A stretch of 64,000 bases of DNA, taken from the IMG/VR virus record IMGVR_UViG_3300031963_000063, positions 1-64,000 of that record. The stretch is one strand, 5' to 3'. Below are positions 36,601-47,319 of this stretch, piece after piece. Source of the DNA: a virus. The notes beneath the pieces were generated by a model that was not told the DNA's origin, ran no database searches, and saw only the letters and a list, made by a program, of their open reading frames with translations. Both the position numbers and the translations under genes were made by a program. Position 1 is the stretch's first letter, and each line of letters opens with the position of its first letter.

Positions 36601-37514
36601 TCAACAAAACTACTAGAACTAGGTATACCACCAGTTCTCATTACCCAATTAATTGTGTCAGTTGATACTATAACAGAACCAATAGTACCGACAAGTAAGT
36701 ATAAATTATCGACATACGTTTGGTCATAATAGATATAATCTGTTGGAATAGTTCTAAGTTCCCAATGAATTGAATTAGTGGAAACTGAAACTCTACCAAC
36801 ATTACCAATATCATTTTCTTCTGTTGTCATTATATAAAGGCTATTTACATAATTAATACTTCTAATAGTAGAATTTGCTGAGAAAGCAGCACTTGATCTA
36901 GATTGCCAAAAAATTCCATTGGTAGATGTTACATACGCATTTAGTGGTCCAAATAAATGGTGAGATCCATTAAGATATGAGTAATCATAATAATAGTAAT
37001 TTATACTAGGTGGAGGTTGTAAAGTTCTTAAAGTCCAATGAATTGTATCTGTTGAAGTTACTGCAAAATTTCCACCACTAACGGTATATCTACCAGTTGC
37101 AACATATACTCCACCACCAGCTCCAACGACGTAAACACCTTGAACTATTGTGGGGTCAACACCAGGATATCCTGGGACTGGATCAGATGGAAAAGGTAAG
37201 GTGCGTATAGACCAAGTAATTGCATCAGTAGAAGCTAATAATAATCCAGAAAGAGAGTATACACCCAAATCCTGTTGCAAATATCCAGTGATAAAATAAT
37301 CATTGGTAGATGCAATATTTGCAACATCTGTAAAACGTGGAGGAATCGTTCTTATTATCCATTGTTCTCCATCATAATTTGTGACGGATAAAACCAATTC
37401 TGAACCACTGGGATTCGGATAAGAGTTATTATCCAAATATGCTTTATTGACAGCATCATCTGGATTATCTACTACATATACTTCTGTGACTTTATTAGAA
37501 TCTAGTCTAGCCAT
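33684..37514 (-). CDS. Adhesin/fibre-like protein: Gly-rich scaffold with three beta-propeller repeat blocks
   Basis: About 21 S-T-D/N-x-I-x-W-x-x-R-T repeats; DAVNKAYLD N-terminal motif; GGDGYIRITWW end. Confidence 0.8.
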   Translation of the reverse strand: MARLDSNKVTEVYVVDNPDDAVNKAYLDNNSYPNPSGSELVLSVTNYDGEQWIIRTIPPRFTDVANIASTNDYFITGYLQQDLGVYSLSGLLLASTDAITWSIRTLPFPSDPVPGYPGVDPTIVQGVYVVGAGGGVYVATGRYTVSGGNFAVTSTDTIHWTLRTLQPPPSINYYYYDYSYLNGSHHLFGPLNAYVTSTNGIFWQSRSSAAFSANSTIRSINYVNSLYIMTTEENDIGNVGRVSVSTNSIHWELRTIPTDYIYYDQTYVDNLYLLVGTIGSVIVSTDTINWVMRTGGIPSSSSFVDVVSANNQAFALSSFNTTSVHSSTDTIHWGLKTTINIGTFTYFSDLHYSNSKNILLLNGSSTPLQTGKIVTSNIASKKWVPKKGTTESARGSVLYDIPGSYTFNIPRSASTLYIEAMGAGGGGASASVGASFFGSYAGAGGGSGAYESYIIDRDLYGLDWLNLTVGSGGVGGNNRGVSISTDGIIWTQGRSGLATNSATLSAISYSSNMKFIIGGPFGPITSTNGINWSLRTLAGNEVSKVFNSKLSSISMLSTSFLNRHLATSTNGIQWSLRTLGSNVSGNVTSISEGTNTTGTVYLVATTSGGYVTSTNTIHWTNRTVGASIGVNSTFLAFKDSLFILGNSSLIRSSTDAIHWTARTSGTINTINNITASSFTSAFKYFASFTQTTNQFIVSTDGIQWSLRTVPGFTGVTNIVNSISSNLYIAGNSLGQLATSTDTIHWSNRTALFATKSITSIDSDGTTIAAVGGINGNGGSGGNTSINFVYKHSQLGTTTASIIITSGSGGVAAAGGGGAGAIITPTGKKGFLISRSGQGGVSPSSSAGAGSNIAGTFSYISTGGAGGGWGSARGGSAGIIAYNDQTSRVSLGGTADLSINQKAQLSQTLNAPSAISLSSVMYIGSGGGGGGAESRGPHTWHTRTLSFNSHGSIEISNTSGRYFVGSINGGYYYAVNSSPVQSSDWTLTYVFGGGDVLLYAPPAGAPFDIVAFNNAGGLAVSTNSGVNWSVRTVPSAGLIIYSVAYNNLVTEKWVAALTGSNRLASSTDTIHWTLRTGAHTPPYYKVRASVGTAHRYITAGTAARVSVSSDAIHWVLRTSGIPTTNELRSLVINESSNIFITGGGNGFLASSTDTIHWQLRTAATVQPIYSINYMSGYYALTAASGVLRVSTDLIVWRGIWNNTFNDIMDTAMANNKLYAVGLSGFYSFADTSPAYGAGNGGSGTGGGGGGGGGYAPEEDFFGLGGNGGDGYIRITWW

Positions 37515-37540
37515 TTATGTTTATCCATATAAAATATTTA

Positions 37541-40360
37541 TTACCACCAGGTAATTTTTACATATCCATCACCACCTTTCCCACCAATACCAACTGTCTC
37601 TCGATTAGCAGCGCCACCTCCTCCACCACCACCTCGAATACCATCAGCACCTCTTCCTGCTGAAAGTTTTAATTGACCGATAGAGGGAAAACCTCCTCCA
37701 GAATCAGAAGCATACACAACATCATTAAATTTATATCCATATGTAAGTCCATAAATTCCAGTTGAAGTATTAGATGTCCTCAATGTCCACACAATACTAT
37801 TCGTTGAAGTGATTATTCTACCATCACTATCACCTATAATAAATAATGAATTTCCATATGAAATTGCACGAACATCACCAGTTAATCCAGGAGTTGTTCT
37901 AAGTTCCCACCAAATTGAATTAGTGGAAACCGAAACTCTACCGGCATTGCCACCAATAAACAAAAGATTACTAGTAGTATTGCTTACAGTAGAAATAATA
38001 TTAGTATAATAAACTGTGTATATTGCTGTAGAAAAAGTTCCAATAGTTCTTAATGACCATTGAATAAGATTTGTAGACGCTCGTAGTCCCCCATTTGCGC
38101 CTGCAATCATATATCTAGCACCATCAGTAAATGCACCAGTACCAAGAGAAATAACAGAAGATTCACCACCACCAGATGTTCTAAGAGTCCAATGAATTGT
38201 ATCTGTTGAGGTTGTTGTTGCTGAAAGACCAGTGGCAATAAAAGTATTGAGTGCAGAGTTATAATCAATACTATTTAATGCTCCAAGAGCCCCAGTTCTG
38301 TATGTCCAAGTAATTGTGTCTGTTGAAGTTAGTATATATCCACCAATGGCACTTGGAACAAAAGATCCTACTGCAACATATTTACCTTGACCAAAAGTTA
38401 TACCTTCTGTTTTAACTGCCGCAGAAGGCACTGTTCTCAAAATCCAAGTAATTGTGTTTGTTGAAGACGCTATATATTTACCACCAACTAAATAAATGTT
38501 ACTAAAATCAAAATATTTAATAGTCAACATTGTATCATTAGAACCAAAACCAGAAGTTCTTAAAGTCCAAGACCAAGTATGTGTATCATATGAGACTCCA
38601 CCTCCACCTCCACCTGGACCATAAGGAATACCTGGATAAGCATATATGATATCTGGATTATTTTGCAAAGGTGTTCCACCAGATGATGATGTTGTCATAC
38701 CGTACATATTAATAGATCCTCCAGCACCTCCAGAGAAAGATGTACCTGCAGCACCATTTCCACCAGGAGTGGGTTGAAATCTTAATGATTGGGTTGTTGC
38801 GGTATTACCAACACCATGACTATTAAATTGAACACTTGCACTAAGTCCTGATTGGTTTAAAAAAACAAAATTTCCTTCAAGTAGACTACTTAAAGAAGCA
38901 CCCGCAGAAACAGATGGATAATTGAAATTCGATTGAACAGTCCCTTTCGCAGAAATTTGACAATTAATATTACCTGGACCAGTCCAGGAAACAATTGTTG
39001 ATCCTCCGTTACTACCAACAATAGTATTAAATGAAGCCCCAGTTCCACCTGCACCAACTTGAACAAATATATTTTCTGAAGTTATAAGTCCCGCGGGAAC
39101 ATACCAAGAAGTATATGCACCACTAGCACCACCCAATCCAGAAAGTAAACCATAAGATACAAGAACAGTTGTCGCAGATGCAAGATATACATTACCATTA
39201 ACTATTACAGAATCAGAAATATTCTCAGCTGTTCTACTAGTTCTTCTAGTCCAAACAATACTGTCAGTTGAACAAGATATAACACCATTCGCACCTGCGA
39301 TACCAATATATTTTCCATTATAAAAAGAAGTATTCAAAAATTGAGCAGAACTGGTTCTTAAAGTCCAATGAATCGAATCTGTAGATACATCGGTCTCAAC
39401 GGGACCTCCACCTCCAGTAAGAGCAAAGTATAAATTCGGGCCCTCAAGATAATTAATATCGGAGTAATTTCCAAAACTAATGGCTCCCGTTCTAGATGAC
39501 CAGTGTATGGTATCTGTTGATGCACTTATGAGTTTTGAATTCCCTACAATGAAAAATGTATTATTGGCATAATATGTTTTACTAATAGTATTTTGATTAC
39601 CTGCAGTTCTTAAAGTCCATTGAATTGCATTTGTTGATACAGCTACTCCACTGGTAGTTGCAGTGCTAACATGGGCTAGATAATAATTAGTTCCACCAAC
39701 ATTTCCAAAAGCAAACTCAAGAGCACCATCTGACGTTGGAATAGTTCTTAGTGTCCATACAATTCCATTAGTAGAAGTTTGAGTATAAGGAAGAGATGTA
39801 GCTTTGGAGCTCAATAAATAAAGACCATTAAAATATCTTAAATGACGAACTGAATGATTAACTCCACCAGTAAGTTGTGTTCTTCGATTCCAAATAATAC
39901 CATCAGTTGATTGTACTACATACGCAGGAAATCCAAGAGCTGCTGTTAGGATATTATTTTCATCTTTCACAATAGAATATTTGTCAGCAGAAGATCCAGA
40001 TGTAGTGGTTGTTCTTAAATACCAAGTAAAAGTTGATTCATCTAGATTTTGCCCAGCACCACCGCCTCCACCAGCACCATAAAGTTCAAAATAAAATAAG
40101 TTTGCATTTTTTGGTTTTGGAAAACCTACGGCTGCGGGTGGTGGTACAGGAGATCCAAATTCTGCAGTACCAGAAAGTTCTTCCCATGATGTTGATACTC
40201 CATCAGTGCTAACAAGAAATTTTCCAGAATTTCCAGTTTGTGTGGGTAAACTTACTCCACCCGTTAGGTTAGCATCAACATATTGCTTATTTAAAACATC
40301 ATAGGTATCAAAAATTGTAGTTGTAATTCCAGAAATAAAATTAGATCCTGCTGTTGTCAT
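37541..40360 (-). CDS. Adhesin/fibre-like protein with two beta-propeller blocks
   Basis: Same repeat (about 14); DVLNKQYVD; GGDGYVKITWW. Confidence 0.8.
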   Translation of the reverse strand: MTTAGSNFISGITTTIFDTYDVLNKQYVDANLTGGVSLPTQTGNSGKFLVSTDGVSTSWEELSGTAEFGSPVPPPAAVGFPKPKNANLFYFELYGAGGGGGAGQNLDESTFTWYLRTTTTSGSSADKYSIVKDENNILTAALGFPAYVVQSTDGIIWNRRTQLTGGVNHSVRHLRYFNGLYLLSSKATSLPYTQTSTNGIVWTLRTIPTSDGALEFAFGNVGGTNYYLAHVSTATTSGVAVSTNAIQWTLRTAGNQNTISKTYYANNTFFIVGNSKLISASTDTIHWSSRTGAISFGNYSDINYLEGPNLYFALTGGGGPVETDVSTDSIHWTLRTSSAQFLNTSFYNGKYIGIAGANGVISCSTDSIVWTRRTSRTAENISDSVIVNGNVYLASATTVLVSYGLLSGLGGASGAYTSWYVPAGLITSENIFVQVGAGGTGASFNTIVGSNGGSTIVSWTGPGNINCQISAKGTVQSNFNYPSVSAGASLSSLLEGNFVFLNQSGLSASVQFNSHGVGNTATTQSLRFQPTPGGNGAAGTSFSGGAGGSINMYGMTTSSSGGTPLQNNPDIIYAYPGIPYGPGGGGGGVSYDTHTWSWTLRTSGFGSNDTMLTIKYFDFSNIYLVGGKYIASSTNTITWILRTVPSAAVKTEGITFGQGKYVAVGSFVPSAIGGYILTSTDTITWTYRTGALGALNSIDYNSALNTFIATGLSATTTSTDTIHWTLRTSGGGESSVISLGTGAFTDGARYMIAGANGGLRASTNLIQWSLRTIGTFSTAIYTVYYTNIISTVSNTTSNLLFIGGNAGRVSVSTNSIWWELRTTPGLTGDVRAISYGNSLFIIGDSDGRIITSTNSIVWTLRTSNTSTGIYGLTYGYKFNDVVYASDSGGGFPSIGQLKLSAGRGADGIRGGGGGGGAANRETVGIGGKGGDGYVKITWW

Positions 40361-40376
40361 TTTTTACTTTTCCTCC

Positions 40377-43175
40377 TTATACCCAACTGATACGAACATA
40401 TCCATCACCACCTTTTCCACCAATACCAAAAAGAGTAGAACCACCATTATAACCACCCCCTCCTCCACCAGAACCACGTTTTCCATCTCCACCATCACCA
40501 ACAAGTCCCCTTTTTGGTGATGTTAATAATACATTTGAATTTGCACTTAGAAAAAGATCTTGAGAGAATAACAAAGAACTACATGAATTAACAGTTCCAG
40601 ACGTCCTTCGTATCCAATGAATTGTATCTGTTGAAATACATAAAAACCCACCCCCACCTCCGATTAAATGAGTAATATTTCCAAAAGTATATCTAATAGG
40701 TCCAGAAGTAATGGTAGTGGTTCTTAACCTCCATTCAATTCCATTCGTAGAACTAAAGAGTTGTTGTCCAACAGTGGTCCCAATATTAAAAATTCCGTTA
40801 CCAATATTAATGTCTTCGAGAGTATTTAGTGTTCCAACCGTTCTTAGTGTCCAATGTATTGTATTTGTTGAAACAATTAATACTCCATTTGCACCAATAA
40901 CATAATAATTTGAATTATGATATAATATCTCTTTAAGAGAACCAACAAAATTAGATGTTGTTCTAAAAGTCCAATGTATACTATCCGTAGAGTGATTTAA
41001 AATAAACGGTGATCCTCCCCCATATATGAATTCATTATTACCATATTTGATAGTAACTGCAATGCGACTGTCTGCTGTACCAACTGTCCTTCTTTCCCAA
41101 GTAATTAAATCTGTAGATGCTAGTATTCCAGTTTGGGATGTACCAGCAGATATAACATATATACCATTTCCATAAGCAATATCGTGGATTAAATTACTAG
41201 TGCTTATGTTAGAAAGTGGTAAAGGTAAAAGAGTCCACGATATTCCATTAGTGGAACTATGTAGCATTCCATTCTGTGTACAAATAAAATAATTATCATT
41301 TAAATATCTCATTTTACTTACTGAGGTTGATCGAAGTCCAACTGTTCTGAGAATCCAATAAGATGCATCAATAAGAGTAGCCCCGCCACCATTTGCCCCA
41401 GAAGAAACAGGATAACCATTAACTATAGGAGAATTAGCATTAGTGTAATTTCGAGAAGCAGTATTAATGTTACTGCCATAAAGAGATGATACTCCACCAG
41501 TACAACCAAAAAATCTAAATTCATCAATAGTAGAACTTAGAGGTAACACAATTGGGGGAGATGCATATCCACCACCACCTCCTGTAGACATTGATTGATA
41601 ATGATCTAAAGATGATGGGGCAGTCCATTCTGTATTATTAAATAGTTCTCCAAGAGTTGTTCCTGGTATGGGTATTAATCCTGGTCCTCCTCCACCTCCT
41701 GGGGCTGCATATAAATAACCAGTATTTGCGGAAGGTTCAATACCTCCCGCACCTCCGAGCAAATCACCGTTGGTAGATCCACCTTTTCCACCATTTAATG
41801 TTAAAATACTAGTATCACCATTCCAAGAAACTGTAGTATTACCACCATCTGTTGCAGCAGTGCCACCAGATCCAACCGTTACTGTTAAATCAGTTTGAAT
41901 AAAACTACTTGGAATTTTCCAGGTGGCAGTTGCTCCACCTCCTCCACCTCCGCCAGCAAATCCAGAAATCAATGTATATGATGGTGAGTAACCAATCAAT
42001 TGCCCTGTATTAGCAAAAAAACTTCCATTTAAGTATCTAATACTACCAGCACTACTATTGGTTCCAACAATACCTCTTTGAAACCAAACAATACCATCAG
42101 TTGAAGTTCTCACTCGACTATAGCTTGAATCAGCAGTAGTCGCAGCAAATATATTTTCTCCAAAATCAACACCACTAAGAACTACTGCTGTTCCAATAGT
42201 TCTTAGAGACCATATTACAGAATTAGTTGAAGTATGTAACCCATTAGACCCGACAACTACGTATATTCCATTTCCATATGCAACATCATACAATGATGGT
42301 GATCCAGAAAGAATATTATTAGTCCAATTAATACTATCTGTAGATGTTGCAACTTGACCAAGATTTGCTATTAAAATAAGACCTGTTGCAAATTCACTTG
42401 GATAATATCTAATCCTAAGGATATTCTGAGCACCAGATATACCACTAGTTCTGGATCTCCAATGAATCGCATCAGTAGAGACAGAAACAGCACCAGCAGA
42501 ACCAGATATGACATATAAATTTGGAGATGGTGTACCAAATTCTGTGGCAGAAAATATAGTAGTAGAAATTAATCCAACTGTTCTTGCAGTCCAATTAATT
42601 GTGTCAGTTGAACTTGAAAGGATTCCATTGCCGCCAACGCCACCAATAATATATTTTTGTGCAATTGTTGGTATAGATGCAAGACCAACAGCATTACCTA
42701 AAAGAGAATTACCTACGGTTCTTGCTATCCATTGAATACCATTTGTTGACACACGCAACATTCTTGTACTCCCAGCAAACATATAAATTCCACCATTTTG
42801 AATGTACAAAAATTCCCAAATTGTACTGCCCGCACCAGAAGTCCTAAAAGACCAGACAGAACCAATCTTATAATTACTTGGATTAGAACTGCCACTGGCA
42901 CCGCCACCCCCAGCACCAGTAGCCGAAATTGTTACGAGTTCCGCATTTGATGGTATAGTAAAATTGTAAGTTCCTGCGGCATCATATTCCACATAACCAG
43001 AAAGTGGTTCCCAAGAAACTACACTACCATTTGTAAATAAAGACTCATTTTCATTTGATATTACCCCAGGAATTACAGTTGCTCTGTCATCAACATATTG
43101 TTTATAGACAGCATCAGTTGATGAAGTTGCTGTCGTAATTCCCGTAATCTGATCTGATTTTATTTCGACTGCCAT
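40377..43175 (-). CDS. Adhesin/fibre-like protein with two beta-propeller blocks
   Basis: Same repeat (about 14); DAVYKQYVD; GGDGYVRISWV. Confidence 0.8.
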   Translation of the reverse strand: MAVEIKSDQITGITTATSSTDAVYKQYVDDRATVIPGVISNENESLFTNGSVVSWEPLSGYVEYDAAGTYNFTIPSNAELVTISATGAGGGGASGSSNPSNYKIGSVWSFRTSGAGSTIWEFLYIQNGGIYMFAGSTRMLRVSTNGIQWIARTVGNSLLGNAVGLASIPTIAQKYIIGGVGGNGILSSSTDTINWTARTVGLISTTIFSATEFGTPSPNLYVISGSAGAVSVSTDAIHWRSRTSGISGAQNILRIRYYPSEFATGLILIANLGQVATSTDSINWTNNILSGSPSLYDVAYGNGIYVVVGSNGLHTSTNSVIWSLRTIGTAVVLSGVDFGENIFAATTADSSYSRVRTSTDGIVWFQRGIVGTNSSAGSIRYLNGSFFANTGQLIGYSPSYTLISGFAGGGGGGGATATWKIPSSFIQTDLTVTVGSGGTAATDGGNTTVSWNGDTSILTLNGGKGGSTNGDLLGGAGGIEPSANTGYLYAAPGGGGGPGLIPIPGTTLGELFNNTEWTAPSSLDHYQSMSTGGGGGYASPPIVLPLSSTIDEFRFFGCTGGVSSLYGSNINTASRNYTNANSPIVNGYPVSSGANGGGATLIDASYWILRTVGLRSTSVSKMRYLNDNYFICTQNGMLHSSTNGISWTLLPLPLSNISTSNLIHDIAYGNGIYVISAGTSQTGILASTDLITWERRTVGTADSRIAVTIKYGNNEFIYGGGSPFILNHSTDSIHWTFRTTSNFVGSLKEILYHNSNYYVIGANGVLIVSTNTIHWTLRTVGTLNTLEDINIGNGIFNIGTTVGQQLFSSTNGIEWRLRTTTITSGPIRYTFGNITHLIGGGGGFLCISTDTIHWIRRTSGTVNSCSSLLFSQDLFLSANSNVLLTSPKRGLVGDGGDGKRGSGGGGGGYNGGSTLFGIGGKGGDGYVRISWV

Positions 43176-43176
43176 T

Positions 43177-43920
43177 TCAGATCTCCTTCAATTTTTTCTC
43201 TAACTCATCTATTCTTAAATTTTGTTCTTTAATAGCTTCGATTAAAAGTGCAACTAGGTTACCATAAGCAACTGATTTTACTTCGTAGTCAGGTGCTGGT
43301 CCTTTAGGATAAACAATATCTGGTATTACTTTTTCTACTTCTTGTGCAATAACACCGATTTGATGCTCCCCATTATCAATACGATCATATTCAACACCAC
43401 GTAAAGATAAAACTTTTCCAAGAGCATCTGAAATTGTTTCAATATTAGTTTTTAATTTTTCATCAGAGTTTGCAGTTACAGTTCCTGCCGCGACAAGATT
43501 TCCGGTTGATGGATTAAATGTAAGTTTTGTTGATGAAACATATAAAGAAGAGGCAGTTCCTGAAGTAGTATCTTGAAATGCTATGAAACGAGATGCATTT
43601 GTGGTTGTATCATCAGAAATTGTAACAGATCCTCCACCGCCACCACCGGTAGCACTTATAGAAATATTTGCCGTACCTCCAGCAAGAGTTGCCGTTACAC
43701 CCGATCCTATAAAATTAAGCACGGTAGCAGTCCCTAAAGAAGATCCTTCTTCTTGCACTGTGAGAGAACCGCCACCGCCAGATATACCCGTTAATTGAGA
43801 ACCATCTCCTCTGTAAGAAGAAGCAGTAATAATTCCAGAAGCATTTATAGATGCTATGGTAAGTCCTGCATCAACAGTAGCAGACCCATAAATTCTTGTT
43901 CCAGATTTAAGTTTTGCCAT
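43177..43920 (-). CDS. Short fibre protein with peptidase S74 chaperone domain
   Basis: NSDEKLKTNI...LRGVEY...GVIAQEVEKVIP...VAYGNLVALLIEAIKEQ. Confidence 0.85.
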   Translation of the reverse strand: MAKLKSGTRIYGSATVDAGLTIASINASGIITASSYRGDGSQLTGISGGGGSLTVQEEGSSLGTATVLNFIGSGVTATLAGGTANISISATGGGGGGSVTISDDTTTNASRFIAFQDTTSGTASSLYVSSTKLTFNPSTGNLVAAGTVTANSDEKLKTNIETISDALGKVLSLRGVEYDRIDNGEHQIGVIAQEVEKVIPDIVYPKGPAPDYEVKSVAYGNLVALLIEAIKEQNLRIDELEKKLKEI

Positions 43921-43923
43921 TTT

Positions 43924-46900
43924 TTATGCCTGTGCCTCCGTCCAGGAAATTCTACATGCAAGGTTCTTACTACCATTAGGTTCCAAGTTAGTGGCCGCAA
44001 TAAGAAGAATATCTGGTCCAACTGGATAACCAGGATTTACTGATCCTACGTCACCATTACCACTAAGAATTGAAGTTCCAAGATCACGAACTTTTTCTAG
44101 GTTAAATGAAGTTGCCGAAAAGTTGCTACCACCGGAGTTTTCTGTATAGAAACCAAAAATTCTATCTCCACCGGTAAATGCACCGGTGGCATTTACCGCA
44201 GTAGCTGCATACGATTGAGTGCCATTGAAATAAACTACTTGAGCAAGAGAACCCGAACCAACAGGAACCGTTTGCCAATCTGAAGGTAATGTTAAATCAC
44301 CACCAGTCATGGTTTGAGGATTCAAAATTCCCTGTATAAGAAACTGTCCTTGAGAATAAACTCCCATACCAGATAATGTTAATTGCATTCTATTTACAAT
44401 TTCTCTAACACCAAAATTCTTTCCGACACCAAAATCAACAGAAGGTGCGATACGAATTGCTAGAAGTGGTTTAGTAGTACCAGCATCAACTCTCAAATAT
44501 CTATTCATACCAGCAGTGAATAAGATCGCCTTATCATCATCATATCTACCATCCATAATAACCGAAACACCCCAATGACTAACAACTGGAGCACATGTAC
44601 AATGCAAATATTGAACATTAACTTGTGCTGTTCCCGAAGCAGATGATTGCACACCAGGATCTGGAGTAAACGTATAGTTTGCTGTTCCTCCAGAAAGTGT
44701 ATATGCGGATGAACTAAAATTACCTTGTGTGGAAATACCAGCAACACTATAACTAGTCCTTCTAGTTAGTCCAGTAAGTGGGTAACCACGGACACTAGCA
44801 TTATATGCACCAATTCCAGTATATTGAACAAGTTCAGAATTGGTAGAGTCCTGAATCATTACAAATCCAGCTGTGGGCCAATTCAAAGCGTTGTCAATGA
44901 ACAATGTTGTATCATTGGAATTTAAAGCAGATCCTCTAGATGCACCGCTACCAGAAACTAATCTACTAAAAGGTCCTTGATTGATTGCTTCAAATCTACC
45001 AGGAATATTTCCAGAACGCATATACGCAGCAGTATTTACGTTATTATTTGGCATCTTATGGCAGTAAATAATATCCCCATTTACAGCACGAAATCCAAAA
45101 CGAATAAAACCAGCTCCATACCAGGTATAATCAATGTATGCCATCTGCATCTTGGAAATTTGCAGATTATACCCACTTGGTCCAGATCCATCCATCTTAT
45201 CCATGTTCCACTGGTTTTGTGGTACACGATAATTTTGTGTTTTTAAATATTTTACAGGTCTTGATGGATTAGGACCGATGTATGCTGGGTTGATTCTAAG
45301 TGTAACATCATCTGTAATTTGTGCTATTTCATAAGATTGACCTTTAATAATAATTTTTTCCCCAACAACTAATTGCTCTCTAAATTTTGTATTAGTTCCT
45401 GTAACAGATCCACTATTTTGAGTTACTGTGAGAAGACCAAATAATTCTTTAACAGAATCTCTTCTACAAGCGTATAAAGTTGCTCCATCAAATTCAAAAA
45501 AGAATCCATTCTGTTCATCAAATAAACCAGTTCTAACAGATGCACCCCTCCATGCAGTAACAGTAACTAAAGCATTTACTCCACCAGGAGATGTATCTGT
45601 TGGTACTCCAGATGCGGTATAGGTAAATGTTTTTTCACCAGTGACGGTTTGTACGGTAAAACTTCCATTATATAAATTGCTATCCGTAGATCCATTAGAA
45701 GATTCAATACCTTCGATTAAAACAGTAACTCCGACTTGAACATTATGTGGTTGTATAGTTGTTAATGTGATAGTATTTCCAGATGCAGATATCGCAGCAA
45801 TATCATAGGTTGGAGTAAATTTTGCCCCAGTAGAAAATTGCATTGCCTTACCAGACTGATAACGAAAATATCTTCTGGTCTGACGAATTTGTTGAACTCC
45901 AGTTACATTATTGCCAGTGGTTATTAATACTCCACCATCTGTTGCTCTATGCTGTTGATATCCTTCTGGTGCAGTATATAATAAGGCGTTTGCAAAATTT
46001 GTACCTGATGCAAGAGACCCCGTTGGAGCAACATTAACTGGAAATACAAATGTTGTTGGTGATTCTACAGTTTTGATAACCCATGATCCATTTGGTGCGT
46101 TAGTTGTTGCAGTTACTCCAGAAATCATAATTGGTGTGCCGGGGTATAAACCATGGGCTGCTGCAGTAGTGACTGTAATATCAGTCCCATTATAAGTCAT
46201 AGCAGAAGCAGAAACCGCAAGTGGAATTCTTGCTCCAGGAAATATACCACCAGCTGCAACTACAGTATAACCAGTATCTAAAACAGATCCATTTACTTGA
46301 CCTTTTGCATAATAATTAAATTCTGTTGCGTTAGCTGAAGCAGTAATCAAATATGTTCCATCTGCACGTTCATTCAAAGAATCTTGTACAGACACAACGT
46401 CTCCCACTACTAATCCATGATTAGTAGAAGTAGTTACAGTCATTAAAGATTTTGTGGCATTATTACCAACAATTGAAACAATATCAAGTGCTACTCCACC
46501 ACTCCCCTTTGCATAAAAAGATGGATAATTTTGTACAAGTGCCAAGGATTCCCACTTTGATGGTTGCACAGAATACTCAAAGTCAGTATCAATCAATGTT
46601 TGAGGAGTTGATACCCTCATTTTTGATACTGGATCCGTAAAAGTCTCTGAAGGAGTAAATTTCTCATCATATTCATCTACGATAATTTGAAGTTTATCAT
46701 TGGCACTCATCGATGTTGTATTATAAACTAAATCAATCGTAGTTGTATCTCTTGCTCCAGTTACAACTTTACTATCCGCATCCTGAGTAACTCCCTGTGC
46801 ATAGTTAGATGAGTTTACTGAATAAGCAGTTGCCCCCAAATTAGAATCTGAAAAATTATAAATTACTGTATTGGTCGTGACATTTGTAATCAGAATCAAT

Positions 46901-46989
46901 CTTTCACGAAGAATAGCACGAGGAATAGTTATTCTTCTACTGATAGGAACAAATGTATATGCGGTTTCCAGTATTGCCTTTCTTGCCAT
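43924..46989 (-). CDS. Large conserved virion structural protein
   Basis: MARKAILETAYTF; DPVSKMRVSTPQTLIDTDFEY; RQTRRYFRYQSGK; YTWYGAGFIRFG. Confidence 0.8.
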   Translation of the reverse strand: MARKAILETAYTFVPISRRITIPRAILRERLILITNVTTNTVIYNFSDSNLGATAYSVNSSNYAQGVTQDADSKVVTGARDTTTIDLVYNTTSMSANDKLQIIVDEYDEKFTPSETFTDPVSKMRVSTPQTLIDTDFEYSVQPSKWESLALVQNYPSFYAKGSGGVALDIVSIVGNNATKSLMTVTTSTNHGLVVGDVVSVQDSLNERADGTYLITASANATEFNYYAKGQVNGSVLDTGYTVVAAGGIFPGARIPLAVSASAMTYNGTDITVTTAAAHGLYPGTPIMISGVTATTNAPNGSWVIKTVESPTTFVFPVNVAPTGSLASGTNFANALLYTAPEGYQQHRATDGGVLITTGNNVTGVQQIRQTRRYFRYQSGKAMQFSTGAKFTPTYDIAAISASGNTITLTTIQPHNVQVGVTVLIEGIESSNGSTDSNLYNGSFTVQTVTGEKTFTYTASGVPTDTSPGGVNALVTVTAWRGASVRTGLFDEQNGFFFEFDGATLYACRRDSVKELFGLLTVTQNSGSVTGTNTKFREQLVVGEKIIIKGQSYEIAQITDDVTLRINPAYIGPNPSRPVKYLKTQNYRVPQNQWNMDKMDGSGPSGYNLQISKMQMAYIDYTWYGAGFIRFGFRAVNGDIIYCHKMPNNNVNTAAYMRSGNIPGRFEAINQGPFSRLVSGSGASRGSALNSNDTTLFIDNALNWPTAGFVMIQDSTNSELVQYTGIGAYNASVRGYPLTGLTRRTSYSVAGISTQGNFSSSAYTLSGGTANYTFTPDPGVQSSASGTAQVNVQYLHCTCAPVVSHWGVSVIMDGRYDDDKAILFTAGMNRYLRVDAGTTKPLLAIRIAPSVDFGVGKNFGVREIVNRMQLTLSGMGVYSQGQFLIQGILNPQTMTGGDLTLPSDWQTVPVGSGSLAQVVYFNGTQSYAATAVNATGAFTGGDRIFGFYTENSGGSNFSATSFNLEKVRDLGTSILSGNGDVGSVNPGYPVGPDILLIAATNLEPNGSKNLACRISWTEAQA

Positions 46990-47024
46990 GATTAATGAGT
47001 ACCTTTTTTATATTTATGTGTTAG

Positions 47025-47315
47025 TTAAATAGTAGTAATTTCATCAATCTCATTATAAACAATCACAGACATATCAGTATTTTGCCTCATAAATGTTCCT
47101 TGCCCTGGACCATACAAGACCCCAGCAAAGTCATCATATACAATATCATAAGGAGCAAAGACATTTGCAGTAATTGTTGTAACACCAACATTTTCGGCAA
47201 ATTCTGAGGCATAAAAAGTTCCAAGACCAGTTATACTTGGATTATTTGCTGTGGTCTCATCAAACTCCCCAGCAAGCATTGAACCGTATTGATCTAATCT
47301 TCCTACGACTGGCAT
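47025..47315 (-). CDS. Small fibre-associated protein
   Basis: ORF track; tightly packed within the fibre operon. Confidence 0.7.
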   Translation of the reverse strand: MPVVGRLDQYGSMLAGEFDETTANNPSITGLGTFYASEFAENVGVTTITANVFAPYDIVYDDFAGVLYGPGQGTFMRQNTDMSVIVYNEIDEITTI

Positions 47316-47319
47316 AATC

